The notes below the pieces were generated by a model. That model made no database searches and was not told the DNA's origin. It saw only the letters and a program-made list of their open reading frames with translations. Below, one piece after another: positions 1 through 10,084 of a DNA stretch of 64,000 nt. How positions within the stretch are numbered: position 1 is the first letter of the stretch; each line of letters begins with the position of its first letter. The stretch covers positions 672,001-736,000 of the forward strand of contig CAWHXY010000004.1 in assembly GCA_963833575.1 (NCBI GenBank), read 5' to 3'. The translations under genes and the position numbers were made by a program. The stretch is from Candidatus Bathyarchaeota archaeon. GTDB lineage: Archaea > Thermoproteota > Bathyarchaeia > Bathyarchaeales > Bathycorpusculaceae.

Positions 1-1181
1 ACAACAATCCCCTAATCTATTTTGACAATGCAGCAACTACCCAGAAACCCCGCCAAGTAATCAACGCCATAAGCAACTTTTACGAAAACTCCAACGCCAA
101 CGTACACAGAGCAGTACACACGCTATCCCTAGAAGCAACAGATCTTTATGAAAATTCTAGACAAAAAATAGCAGAATTCATCAAAGCAAAAGACTGGTCA
201 GAAGTAGTATTCGTCAGAGGCACAACAGAAGCCATCAACCTCGTTGCATACTCTTGGGGACTAAACAACATGAGCAAAGGCGACGAAGTACTAGTTTCAT
301 TAATGGAGCACCACAGCAACATTGTCCCTTGGGAAATTACAGCTAAACAAAAAGGCTTCACAATCAAATACGCCAAAGTAAACACGGACGGCACATTAGA
401 CTATGACGATTTCGAAAACCAATTTTCCAGCAAAACAAAAATCGCGTGCCTAAGCCAAGTTTCAAACGTAACAGGCATAACAAACGACGTAAAACGAATA
501 ACAAAAGCTGCACATGATAATGGTAGTTTAATGCTTGTTGATGGAGCACAATCGGTACCTCATATGGCAGTTGATGTCCAAGATTTGGACATGGATTTCT
601 TGGCTTTTTCAGGCCATAAAATGCTTGGACCCACAGGCATCGGAGTGCTCTACGGCAAAAAAGAAGTTCTCCAAAAGATGAAACCCTTCCAGGGCGGAGG
701 CGAAATGATAAGAGAAGTAGAATATAACCAAGGCAAAGGCTGCACTTTATCATGGAATGAGCTGCCGTGGAAGTTTGAAGCAGGTACACCTAACATTTCT
801 GGCGCCATCGGCTTAGCTGAAGCCGTTAAATATCTTCAAGCAATTGGCATGGATAATGTGCTGAATCATGAGAAGGAACTGACAAAATACGCAGTTGAAA
901 AGATGCAACAATGCGACAAGATAATAATTCATGGTTCAAAGGATCTTTCAAGCAATTGCGGAATCATATCCTTCAGCGTCAAAGACATGTCATCACATGA
1001 TGTTGCACTTATTTGTGATAATTATGGGATTATGATAAGAAGTGGATATCATTGTGCTCAGCCTCTTCATCAAGAGGTTCTTAAACTTCAATCCTCGGAT
1101 CGCGCAAGCTTTTACGTTTACAATACTAAAGAAGAAATTGACCGATTTGTTGAAGTTCTAAAGGAGATTGCGCAACTCTAA
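1..1181 (+). CDS. sufS: Cysteine desulfurase, SufS/group II type (5'-partial; the frame is open from position 3)
   Basis: Reading in frame from nt 3 gives NNPLIYFDNAATTQKP. PLP lysine motif SGHK, FEAGTPN and catalytic RSGYHCA are present. Confidence 0.95.
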   Translation, partial: NNPLIYFDNAATTQKPRQVINAISNFYENSNANVHRAVHTLSLEATDLYENSRQKIAEFIKAKDWSEVVFVRGTTEAINLVAYSWGLNNMSKGDEVLVSLMEHHSNIVPWEITAKQKGFTIKYAKVNTDGTLDYDDFENQFSSKTKIACLSQVSNVTGITNDVKRITKAAHDNGSLMLVDGAQSVPHMAVDVQDLDMDFLAFSGHKMLGPTGIGVLYGKKEVLQKMKPFQGGGEMIREVEYNQGKGCTLSWNELPWKFEAGTPNISGAIGLAEAVKYLQAIGMDNVLNHEKELTKYAVEKMQQCDKIIIHGSKDLSSNCGIISFSVKDMSSHDVALICDNYGIMIRSGYHCAQPLHQEVLKLQSSDRASFYVYNTKEEIDRFVEVLKEIAQL

Positions 1182-1450
1182 TGACAACTATTGACGATTA
1201 TGTGTCGAGAATTGAAGGAACATGTGGGGCAGAAAAAGACGTTATTGTTGTCTTCAAATATGAAAAGAAAGACGAAGCCATCGCTAACATTTTGAAAAAA
1301 GCCCAAGTTAAAAACAAAATAGCTGGAATAATTTTTGAATTAACTTTTCAAGACACATCTTTCCGGCTCTATACTAGTGGAAAAGCTATTTTTAGAAGTA
1401 TCAAGAATAGGCAAGATCTGAATAGTCTCCTTGCCAGCCTGCTACTTTAG
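1181..1450 (+). CDS. Small hypothetical protein translationally coupled to sufS
   Basis: TAATG stop/start overlap with sufS; 89 aa with a single Cys (GTCG). Confidence 0.75.
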   Translation: MTTIDDYVSRIEGTCGAEKDVIVVFKYEKKDEAIANILKKAQVKNKIAGIIFELTFQDTSFRLYTSGKAIFRSIKNRQDLNSLLASLLL

Positions 1451-1470
1451 GTAGCTATATATCAAAAACA

Positions 1471-2631
1471 TTACATGTATTTTTTGTAAATCGCTGCAAG
1501 TTTTTCTGCGATCATATTGGCCTCAAATGACTTTAAAACCCATTTTCGCCCATTATCGCCTAATATTTTCCTTTCATGTTCGTTAAGGATTAGCTCTTCC
1601 AAGGCAGTCTCAAGCTCACGGGGGTTGTTAGGTTTGACCAAAATTCCAGTAACTCGATCTTTAACAATTTCAGGTATTGAACCTGAAGAAGTGGAAATAA
1701 CAGGTTTTCCGCATGCCATAGCTTCAACCATTGAATAACCGAACTGCTCAGCCCAAATCTTGGTTGGAATGCTCGGTAAACAGAAAACATCTGCCAGATT
1801 ATGTATTTGAGACATACAAGAGTATTCGATACTTCCTAAAAACTTGACTTTGCCTGTAATTTTGAGGTTAGCTACAAGGTGTCTGATTTGAAATAAATTG
1901 GAAGGAGAACCTGAACCTACAATCAAAAGCTCGACATTTTCGACTTTTTTAAGCAGTGCAGAAAAGGCAGTTAACAGGTCAAATATGCCCTTTTCAGGAA
2001 CTAGCCGTCCAACAAACAGAATTTTGGTTGAAAACTCATTAATTTCCAGTTTTTTGGCAAGTTGCACATTCTTTTCGTCTGGTCTAAATTTTTCGCAGTC
2101 TAATCCAGCAGGAACAACGGAAATCCGATCAGCTCTTAAACCCTCCATAATAAGGGCTTCTTTTGCTTTCTGTGTTATAGCAACGAAATGAGTTGCGTGC
2201 TCACGATTGAATTTTTTGATTTTTAAATAAGGGATGCCTTCGGGGTAGAATGGTATGTTTTCCCATTCCATTACTATCGTTGGAACGCCTGTTTTTATTG
2301 CTTGGTAAGTGTAAGGATACCATTCATCAGCAGAATAAATTAGGTCTAAGTCTTTGGTTAATTTTTTCAGATCAAATATTTGAAAATTCAAAGAGTTAAA
2401 ATCATACGTTGTAATTTTTCTTGCCAGGCTTATTAATCGTCTAAACTTCCCTTTAGTGACGGTGTTTAAGTTATGCCCTACTCTTGCGGGATAGTGAATT
2501 TCTGAGAGATCAAATGCGTTGTTGTAGGTAGTTATGCCTACTGGCTGAAAGCCATACTTGGGTAGTTTCTCAAAGTACTGCCCTTCATAAGGGTTTAATC
2601 CGGGACCTCTCAAGATGCCCACTTTGTTCAA
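1471..2631 (-). CDS. GT4-family glycosyltransferase
   Basis: ILFVGRLVPEKG and EQFGYSMVEAMACGKPVI (EX7E) motifs. Confidence 0.93.
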   Translation of the reverse strand: MNKVGILRGPGLNPYEGQYFEKLPKYGFQPVGITTYNNAFDLSEIHYPARVGHNLNTVTKGKFRRLISLARKITTYDFNSLNFQIFDLKKLTKDLDLIYSADEWYPYTYQAIKTGVPTIVMEWENIPFYPEGIPYLKIKKFNREHATHFVAITQKAKEALIMEGLRADRISVVPAGLDCEKFRPDEKNVQLAKKLEINEFSTKILFVGRLVPEKGIFDLLTAFSALLKKVENVELLIVGSGSPSNLFQIRHLVANLKITGKVKFLGSIEYSCMSQIHNLADVFCLPSIPTKIWAEQFGYSMVEAMACGKPVISTSSGSIPEIVKDRVTGILVKPNNPRELETALEELILNEHERKILGDNGRKWVLKSFEANMIAEKLAAIYKKYM

Positions 2632-2846
2632 AGCTGTTCACCCTATCATATTCATTCTCTTTCCAACAATATGCCGATCCAACATAATAGTTTATCAAAA
2701 AGAAAAGCTCCTTCTCTAAATATTTTCTTTCGTTTCAACATCTTGACAATTAACGAATGATTAAGATCTCTTTGCGCCAAAGTTTAAATTAGAAATGAAT
2801 AGCTTTTGATCATAAACAATCAAAAAGGACAACAAGGAAAAATATC

Positions 2847-3782
2847 ATGACAAAGCTAAGCGTAATATGGAAAACGCTGACTTTAACAAAGAACCCTTTT
2901 ATCGTTTTATCTATGAAACGTGACAAAAGCAGAAAAGCAATAACATTTAGAAATGGTCTAACTTACAATCTTAATTGGCCACAGTTCAGAACGTTTCGAG
3001 ATACTTACTCACTTTTTGCTAATTGTGGCGTCACTCAAATTGATGAGGACATTTTCAAGATCAAAGATCAAAGAAGCGAAGTAGTCTGCAATTCTCAACT
3101 GATGCCAGTAATCTGCAATCTTATGGAAGACTTTACTATTAATCAAATGGATGAAGACACATTTCACATTAAAAAAGAGAACTTTCAAGTCGTCGGATCG
3201 AAAGAAATGCTAATTTGTGTTCAGGAACTGAAAACAGGAGAATACGAATGTGACTACCAAAATAAAGTAGTACTAGACATTGGTGGTTTTGAAGGTGAAT
3301 CCGCTGTCTATTTCTGGAGTAAGAAAGCCAAAAAAATAATCATTTATGAGCCAGTTGCTGAGCATGTTCGATTCATTGAAAAGAACATAGAATTAAACAA
3401 AATCAACGCAGAACTTCACCCAATAGGCATTGGAAACCAAAATGGCACACATTTGATTCAGTACAATGTGACTGACCCGGGATTTGGATTTCATAGCAAA
3501 GGAACAAAAAATATGGAGATTAAAATTCGAAATGTCTCAGAAGTTATCCAAGAAAGCGGAGCAGAGATAGCGAAATTTGATTGCGAAGGGGCAGAAGAAA
3601 GCCTCGTTGATGTTCCAGAAGATATTCTCAGAAAAATTGAATATTACATAATTGAAACACATTCTCTTAAAATTAAAGGTGCAATCCTTGAAAAGTTTCA
3701 GAAAGCAGGTTTCAAACTAAAAAAAGAAGCCGATAAGACTCAGAATTTCTCTGTATTAACGTTTAGAATTAACGAGAAATAA
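2847..3782 (+). CDS. FkbM-family SAM-dependent methyltransferase
   Basis: VLDIGGFEG motif I, YEP, and KFDCEGAE. Confidence 0.88.
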   Translation: MTKLSVIWKTLTLTKNPFIVLSMKRDKSRKAITFRNGLTYNLNWPQFRTFRDTYSLFANCGVTQIDEDIFKIKDQRSEVVCNSQLMPVICNLMEDFTINQMDEDTFHIKKENFQVVGSKEMLICVQELKTGEYECDYQNKVVLDIGGFEGESAVYFWSKKAKKIIIYEPVAEHVRFIEKNIELNKINAELHPIGIGNQNGTHLIQYNVTDPGFGFHSKGTKNMEIKIRNVSEVIQESGAEIAKFDCEGAEESLVDVPEDILRKIEYYIIETHSLKIKGAILEKFQKAGFKLKKEADKTQNFSVLTFRINEK

Positions 3783-3908
3783 TGAAATTTTCCTCTCTTT
3801 AAAAACCTGGACTCATTCTTCTAAAAAGTAATTTCTGAAAAATTCTTTTTGGATTTTTTCTAAATCCAGCATTCAAAGGCTTACGTGTTATTGAAAGGCA
3901 ATAACAAG

Positions 3909-5435
3909 TTATAAGTTTTGAGGACTATCATAGATGGCGTATAAAGCGGCGTCTAAAATCAAGCCGTTTGTATTCAGACCGACACCTGGAAAAAGAGTTC
4001 CCGCTTCATCGAGACCTTCGCAATATCCGTCTATTGGATTGGGGATTGCATCCTCAACGTAAACGCTAAGGTTTTTTGCAAAACTTGAATTATAAATTGC
4101 AAGAAAACTGAACGCTACTTTTGTATAAATCATTGGACTTATGTTAACTTGCGAATCATCCATCATAACAACCCAAGTACCTTTGCCTGGATAAACCACC
4201 CATTCATATTGCCAATCACCTGAAAGTGACGGACCTTCACTGAAAGCTCGATACAGACCTGTAGCATTATAATATGCCTGGTGAGCAAGATAAAACTGGT
4301 TTGCTAAAGCCATCAATTTAGAATCGTTATTGTTAAGCTCAAAAACTGAACAAAGCAATGGGTCACCCGTTAATTCAGCATCAGGCAACGAAACACCGTT
4401 CAAAGTAACATTCCCAGCTGAAAAAATATTGTTCATAATTGTAATAGGAACATCACCAAGACTATCAGGCCAAAAACTTGCAAACCCGCTTTCAATGTAG
4501 TAAGCATAAATGCTGGTTGAAGTAAGGCTATCCGTCTTGATACTAGGCACTAAAGCGGCATAATTGGATCTGTTAAAATATTGCCCGTACATAACTATGT
4601 TGTTTATACGCGAAACTAAACTACTATTAAAATCTCGGAGATTGTTAAGAGCAACAAATAATCGCCCAGTATCAACCACATCTACTGGTGATGTAGCTAA
4701 ATCTGAAGTTTGTTGCCAATCTTGTCCATCTGCCGTTTGATAGAACCAAAATGGATAATGCGTTGTATTGTTAAGCGGTCGAGTTTCTAGGAATGTTAAA
4801 ACCTTTTCTATTCTTGCGCTAGAGCCCCAATCACCGTCAGTTGTAGTCAGATTTAAGTTTTGGGCATCAATTATAGCCTGAATATAAACACCTAGATCCC
4901 AATCAGTAAAGGCGGGGGCAGCATAACCAGAATAGGGAAGCCCGGTTGTAGAATTTACACCTACATCAGGCTGGAAATATGCCCAAGCATTTTTTGCTAC
5001 CGCCAACCACATTGTACTGTTAACTGTTTGGGCCGATTTTATCACGCCAGGAGATTTAGTAAAAGTGTTGGAAGTAGAACTAGGCATTTTTGGGTCTTGC
5101 CAAATCACTGCAATAGGCTTGGGTGTAGGTGCACTAGTAGGTTGGGGAGTGCTAGTGGGTTTTACAGTGCTTGACGGAGAATCTGTTGGTGTAGCAGTAT
5201 TTTGAGGAAGGGGTTTGGATTCGCTTTGTTTTGGCAAAAACGCTAAAGCAGAAATTAACATTACAAGTATAATTGCAAAAACAATCAAACTCTTTGCTTT
5301 CCTGCTAAATCGCCAACGATTGTGTCCAGAAAAGATCTTTTTATTTTCAACTGCAAGAAAAGCATTTAAGAAAACAAATTTGAAACAGAGAAGAATGTGA
5401 ATTTTTTTGAAACTGACTAACTTTTGCACCGCCAT
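3909..5435 (-). CDS. Membrane-anchored DUF3131-like putative glycoside hydrolase (start uncertain)
   Basis: N-terminal TM helix, Pro/Thr linker, then AKNAWAYF...TGLP...TDWDLGVYIQA...DTGRL. Confidence 0.7.
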   Translation of the reverse strand: MAVQKLVSFKKIHILLCFKFVFLNAFLAVENKKIFSGHNRWRFSRKAKSLIVFAIILVMLISALAFLPKQSESKPLPQNTATPTDSPSSTVKPTSTPQPTSAPTPKPIAVIWQDPKMPSSTSNTFTKSPGVIKSAQTVNSTMWLAVAKNAWAYFQPDVGVNSTTGLPYSGYAAPAFTDWDLGVYIQAIIDAQNLNLTTTDGDWGSSARIEKVLTFLETRPLNNTTHYPFWFYQTADGQDWQQTSDLATSPVDVVDTGRLFVALNNLRDFNSSLVSRINNIVMYGQYFNRSNYAALVPSIKTDSLTSTSIYAYYIESGFASFWPDSLGDVPITIMNNIFSAGNVTLNGVSLPDAELTGDPLLCSVFELNNNDSKLMALANQFYLAHQAYYNATGLYRAFSEGPSLSGDWQYEWVVYPGKGTWVVMMDDSQVNISPMIYTKVAFSFLAIYNSSFAKNLSVYVEDAIPNPIDGYCEGLDEAGTLFPGVGLNTNGLILDAALYAIYDSPQNL

Positions 5436-5865
5436 AACACACGGTTGTTTTCCATAAGCGGTAATTCTATTTTCATTAAAGATAAACTTCTCCCTTTGGA
5501 ACTAATTATTAACTCTTATTTAGCTGTAGCTGATTTAAGACTATAGCAAAAAACATTCAGCGAAAATAATGAATCCCTTTAGAAGCATGATAGGTTTAAA
5601 CTGTAATCCGCGTTCTCTGAAAGCAATAATGTTTGATAAGAAATTTTCACCCTAAAACTTCTATTTTAGTTTCAGATTCAAGAATACCGATTAAGATCTC
5701 AAACCATTCTCCCTAAGCAATTTCGACATTAATTGTTAATAACAAACATTTTTTCGTCACTTGTAAGTGCATCTCGAATTCCGTGATTATTTGCGAATTC
5801 TTTTAGTATTTCTAATTGACAACTTTGAGCTATATGAACAAGCCAAAAAAGCTTGAAAAAAGTGT

Positions 5866-7353
5866 TTACCGTTTTGCTAATCCAAGTTTTATTCGCACCT
5901 TGTTTCTACTTACCCAATTATTAACTGGAACAAGAATACTCTTAACCGGCTGAGGCAACGAATCTTTAAAATCCCTGTGAAAACCCAAACGTACTAAAAT
6001 CCTCCCTCTTCCAGTTATGGGAATATAATAACGTGCAATCGGAAACTTCACAAACCCATTACTTTGCTTGAATCGGTCAAGTGAAGGGTGGTTTCCTATT
6101 CTTCCATACATAAGCCATTGCTCACCTTTCGATGCGCAGACTTCAACCGCTTTGGCAATGAGCACATTATTTACCGCTTTATCCCAATGCTTCTGCATGG
6201 AAAGAATCTGTGAGATAATAGCTATGTTGTCGCCATGGATTATTTGGATGAATCCAACGAGCTCTTCCTTCAGGTAGGCGCCAACAAAGGTGGAGTTTGG
6301 TTCGGCATGAATGTTCCAATCGACTGATTGAAGAGACTGCCCAAAATGCGAAAATGCCCTCTCTTGCCGAATCGGAGTTTCGTTATAAATTTTCCAGACC
6401 CCCTCAACAAACTTTTCATCTGGTTCACCGATTCTTACCTCTACATTGTTTTTCTCAGCCCGCCTGACCATGTTGCGCGTTTTTTTTCCAACACTGCTCC
6501 ACCAAACAGCATATTCTTTTATCTCGAGCAACCCAACGTTGTCTTCCGTTTTTATCCAAGTGCTCGGAGGATCAAGAATTGGACAACACCATTTTCTCTC
6601 AAGAAAGGTAAAAACATCTACGCCTCTTTCACCTAATTTACTGAGATATTGATTCGTTACAGCAATGTTTTTTTCATATTCCTTGCTATCATGGGCTACT
6701 TTGACCGAAAGTCTCTTAGTAATCCTTAAAGTTTCAAGTTCACTATCCACTTCTAAAATACTTTTTAAAACATCATAGTAGGCTCCCCTTCGGTTTCTCT
6801 TGCCTGTTCGAAATAGCCAATCAGGATGAATAGAGAGCACATTATTCTGTTGAATCCATTCTTCAGCTTCTTTTTTGGCTTGCTCAAAGTTGTGGCAATA
6901 ACGAATAGTGTCTAGACTGGCAGTAGGATAATCATGAAAAGACTTTAGCGGAAAATCTTTCGGGATTTTCGCTTGTTTTTGTCCGATCTTCCTTCGCCAC
7001 AATAACTGGGCAATAAATCGTGAGGTTCCATGAATGCTGTAATAGTTTACTTTTCTTTGAGTTTCAGTCTCTAAGATTTTCAAGTTGCGGAAGGGATCAG
7101 TCGTAACATGCAGAGCTACCTCATGTTTATCAGTTTTCAGTAAGTCAAGCATTTTCTTGTCCGGTATCGTGTAGGGTGTAAAGAACCAGTAAGCCATAAC
7201 TTGTTTTGGCGACTCATTAATCATTCTAGCAATAACTTTAGCGTTTCTTAGGTAATCTACGCTTTTTCTTTTTTTGATTCCAAGAGCTATGTATAGAAAA
7301 CTCTTGTATCGGGATGGATAAGGGTAATCCACATCAATTCTTAGCTTTATCAT
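5866..7353 (-). CDS. Fusion of a polysaccharide-deacetylase-like domain with a GNAT/FemAB-like acyltransferase domain
   Basis: N-terminal LRIDVD...HEVALH...SIHG...SIHP; C-terminal KKTRNMVRRAEK...LDRFKQSNGF. Confidence 0.7.
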   Translation of the reverse strand: MIKLRIDVDYPYPSRYKSFLYIALGIKKRKSVDYLRNAKVIARMINESPKQVMAYWFFTPYTIPDKKMLDLLKTDKHEVALHVTTDPFRNLKILETETQRKVNYYSIHGTSRFIAQLLWRRKIGQKQAKIPKDFPLKSFHDYPTASLDTIRYCHNFEQAKKEAEEWIQQNNVLSIHPDWLFRTGKRNRRGAYYDVLKSILEVDSELETLRITKRLSVKVAHDSKEYEKNIAVTNQYLSKLGERGVDVFTFLERKWCCPILDPPSTWIKTEDNVGLLEIKEYAVWWSSVGKKTRNMVRRAEKNNVEVRIGEPDEKFVEGVWKIYNETPIRQERAFSHFGQSLQSVDWNIHAEPNSTFVGAYLKEELVGFIQIIHGDNIAIISQILSMQKHWDKAVNNVLIAKAVEVCASKGEQWLMYGRIGNHPSLDRFKQSNGFVKFPIARYYIPITGRGRILVRLGFHRDFKDSLPQPVKSILVPVNNWVSRNKVRIKLGLAKR

Positions 7354-7689
7354 TGCTCGTTCAATTGCCAGTTAGGGAATATTATTTTGTTTATAAACCC
7401 TCTGTCATAGAGCAGTTATAGATTGCCGATGTCACCTTGTTTTTTCTCAATTTTGTATTAATATCTGCACACTTTTTGTATAGTTGTGACTTTCAACACT
7501 TCAGTTTGAATACTTTCAACTTCATTGTTAGCGTTGGAAAATAAAAATTGATTAAACCGTTGAAGGATTTCTCGAAATTGTCAAGCTAACTGAATAAATT
7601 GCCAATACTGAAAGTAGGCTAACTGGACTATTTTATATACGATTTAATCAAAAAGTTATGTGTAGAAGCAGGAATAATATTTTAAAGTC

Positions 7690-8487
7690 TTATTCTTTCG
7701 TTGCAATTATCGGAAAGCCAATTACAAATGGTTGGTGTTCACTTAAACGTATCAGCCGATGTCGTACAATCCATTTGTATCCAAAATCATCAAGAACGCT
7801 TTTGATTCTTTTTAGCTCTTCTTCATAGGTTTCCGCAGCTTTACCTGTCGCTTTATGAACTTCAATGATTATTCGAGGTTTATCTTTTTGAATCGTCTTT
7901 CTAGCCCCTTGCAATATCGGAATTTCATAACCTTCTGTGTCTATTTTAATTACACCAACTGTTGGCAATTGTAGAGTATCCAATTTATGCACCGGAACGT
8001 CTATTGTCCCTCCACCAGGAAGATCGTTGATTTCTAAATCCATTGTACCGCTTAAAGTGAAAGCCGATAAACCTAATCTTCCAACAACGTCTTTATCCCC
8101 CAACGCATACTTGTATGATTTGACGTTAGAATAATTCTGGGCTTTCTTCCTTAATATGCCATAAGCCTTAGGGCTAGGCTCAAATGCGTAAACTTCATTG
8201 CCTTCTTTGGCGACGAAAAACGTCCAGTCTCCGATGCTCGCTCCAACATCAACAAAGCACTTATCAGATTCGGGTATTATATATTCAGCAAGGAACTTTT
8301 CGTTCCCAAGATCCGCAGCGTCATCTTCACAAGGTTCAGTGAAAAATTGGTAGATTGCCGAAGGCAACGGTATTCTTCTACGATTAACCACACACAAAAC
8401 AATTTGCGCTCTTGCCCGCAAACTTTTTTGACTTACAACATCTTCGATTTGCACTCTTACTTTGTTAATGTATTTTTGGGTCATCAT
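7690..8487 (-). CDS. FkbM-family methyltransferase
   Basis: FVDVGASIG, AFEP, IKIDTEGYE, IIIEVH. Confidence 0.92.
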   Translation of the reverse strand: MMTQKYINKVRVQIEDVVSQKSLRARAQIVLCVVNRRRIPLPSAIYQFFTEPCEDDAADLGNEKFLAEYIIPESDKCFVDVGASIGDWTFFVAKEGNEVYAFEPSPKAYGILRKKAQNYSNVKSYKYALGDKDVVGRLGLSAFTLSGTMDLEINDLPGGGTIDVPVHKLDTLQLPTVGVIKIDTEGYEIPILQGARKTIQKDKPRIIIEVHKATGKAAETYEEELKRIKSVLDDFGYKWIVRHRLIRLSEHQPFVIGFPIIATKE

Positions 8488-8782
8488 GTAGGAATTGAAT
8501 AGCTGTTAATATTTACCTTGTGCAATTCGAGTCAACCTCGTATATTCTTAGTTCCAAAATTTTGATCATATCTTTAAAAGGCCAATCGACTTTCAAAAAC
8601 ATACAATTGAAATTTATTTAATAATCTTAAATTGAATTTGTGGTAGATTTTTATTGGTTTTGTGCATGACGAAGTATGCTTTCTGACTGCCATTCTGCAG
8701 GCCCCATTTCTGTAAGGTTCATTCTTCCCACTTCGGAAGAATTTTGTAAGAAAAAAATCATCATTTGAGAAGAAAGATCAAG

Positions 8783-9910
8783 TTAAGAGATGATATCTTT
8801 TAGATTTGACCAGATACCACTTTGAAAAGCTTCTGCATTTAACCCAGAGATTTTTGTCCATAGGTCTTTGCGATTTTGCTCCCAACGATCGTCTGATAAT
8901 TCCATATAGCGAACAAATTTTTCTTTTAAATCTTCATAACTTGTCCATCTAAATTCTTCAGGAATGAATTCTCTCATTCCTCCACTATCATGAACTATCG
9001 TAACGCAGCCACTTGCTAAGGCTTCTATTGGTGCTATGCCGAAGTGTTCACCTTCCATTAAATGAACGTAAACTCGTGAGTTTTGAAGTGTCATTATTAA
9101 TTCTGAGCTGGGCAAATTAGTCTTTAAGATGTAGTTCTGTGGCAAGTTTTCTGAGAATTTAGCGAACCAATTTTTTTCAGCTCCAATTAATCCGCCAATA
9201 CTCTGAAATTCATATGAAGGCAAATCAATAGCCAATTTTTTCAATATTTCGTGTCTTTTTATCGGGATAAAACGAGCCACGTAAACTACTCGTTTGGTTC
9301 TCTCCGAAAGCGGTTTATCTGACCAGAAATTGTTCAAGTTTACTGGTGGGTAGGCAACAATTGGTTCTTTTACACTGTGTAGTTTCCAGTAGCGTTCAAT
9401 CATTCCTTTTGTATAGACGCTATTGCAGAAAACTAGATCGAGTTTACTTACTCCTTGTTCAACCCACTTCTTAAAAGGCCAAAGGTAAGCCTTCCGTTTT
9501 AGGTTGCTTCTATCATAATCATATTCTATTTCTGGAAAGTGAACGTATGCAATGTTCTTTTTGGCTTTAGTAAGAAATACAGGTTCGAATGGGGCGGAGG
9601 ATTGTGTGGAAAACAAATAGTCATATTGCAAATTGTCTCTGTATTTTTTTAGTAAGTTTACAAAATTACCTCGTCTTTTGTAAATCGTGAATGGTGGTTC
9701 AACTTCAATTCTTTTGCCCAATGAGTGAATGACAACAGTTTTAGGAAATTCTTCTCCCACAATCTCCTGATATCTATGAGCGTCAAAATCAAAGGTAAGT
9801 AATTCCACATTTTGACCATGAGCAACTAAAGCTTTGATTACATTGTGGCAAACTCTTTCGCCCCCTCCATAAATGTCTAAGTATGGATGCACTACAAGGA
9901 ATTTTGCCAA
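8783..9910 (-). CDS. GT4 glycosyltransferase (ALG11-like motifs)
   Basis: HPYLDIYGGGERV, YVHFP, YPPV, EHFGIAPIEALASG. Confidence 0.9.
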   Translation of the reverse strand: MAKFLVVHPYLDIYGGGERVCHNVIKALVAHGQNVELLTFDFDAHRYQEIVGEEFPKTVVIHSLGKRIEVEPPFTIYKRRGNFVNLLKKYRDNLQYDYLFSTQSSAPFEPVFLTKAKKNIAYVHFPEIEYDYDRSNLKRKAYLWPFKKWVEQGVSKLDLVFCNSVYTKGMIERYWKLHSVKEPIVAYPPVNLNNFWSDKPLSERTKRVVYVARFIPIKRHEILKKLAIDLPSYEFQSIGGLIGAEKNWFAKFSENLPQNYILKTNLPSSELIMTLQNSRVYVHLMEGEHFGIAPIEALASGCVTIVHDSGGMREFIPEEFRWTSYEDLKEKFVRYMELSDDRWEQNRKDLWTKISGLNAEAFQSGIWSNLKDIIS

Positions 9911-10084
9911 TTAACTTGCTCCCAGTTTACTTTCTTCATTTTTTGATTTGCGCTATTTCAGTAAACCTAATGAAGTTTTACTTATAAGCTTGCCTTAACC
10001 AGCGATTACGTAACTTCCAAAATTTAGACACATCATGGAAACTACAGAACATTAATAAAGCCACATCTTTGATTTTTCTGTAAT

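Noticed and set aside
7488-7565. ACTTTCAAC twice plus GTTGGAAA/GTTGAAGG, resembling CRISPR repeat ends
   Set aside because: Only 9-bp matches about 25 bp apart; no 24-40-bp repeat with regular spacers and no cas genes in the window.
8660-8715. ATGACGA-10 nt-CTGA resembling C/D sRNA boxes
   Set aside because: The second box pair is degenerate; such motifs are expected by chance in AT-rich spacers.
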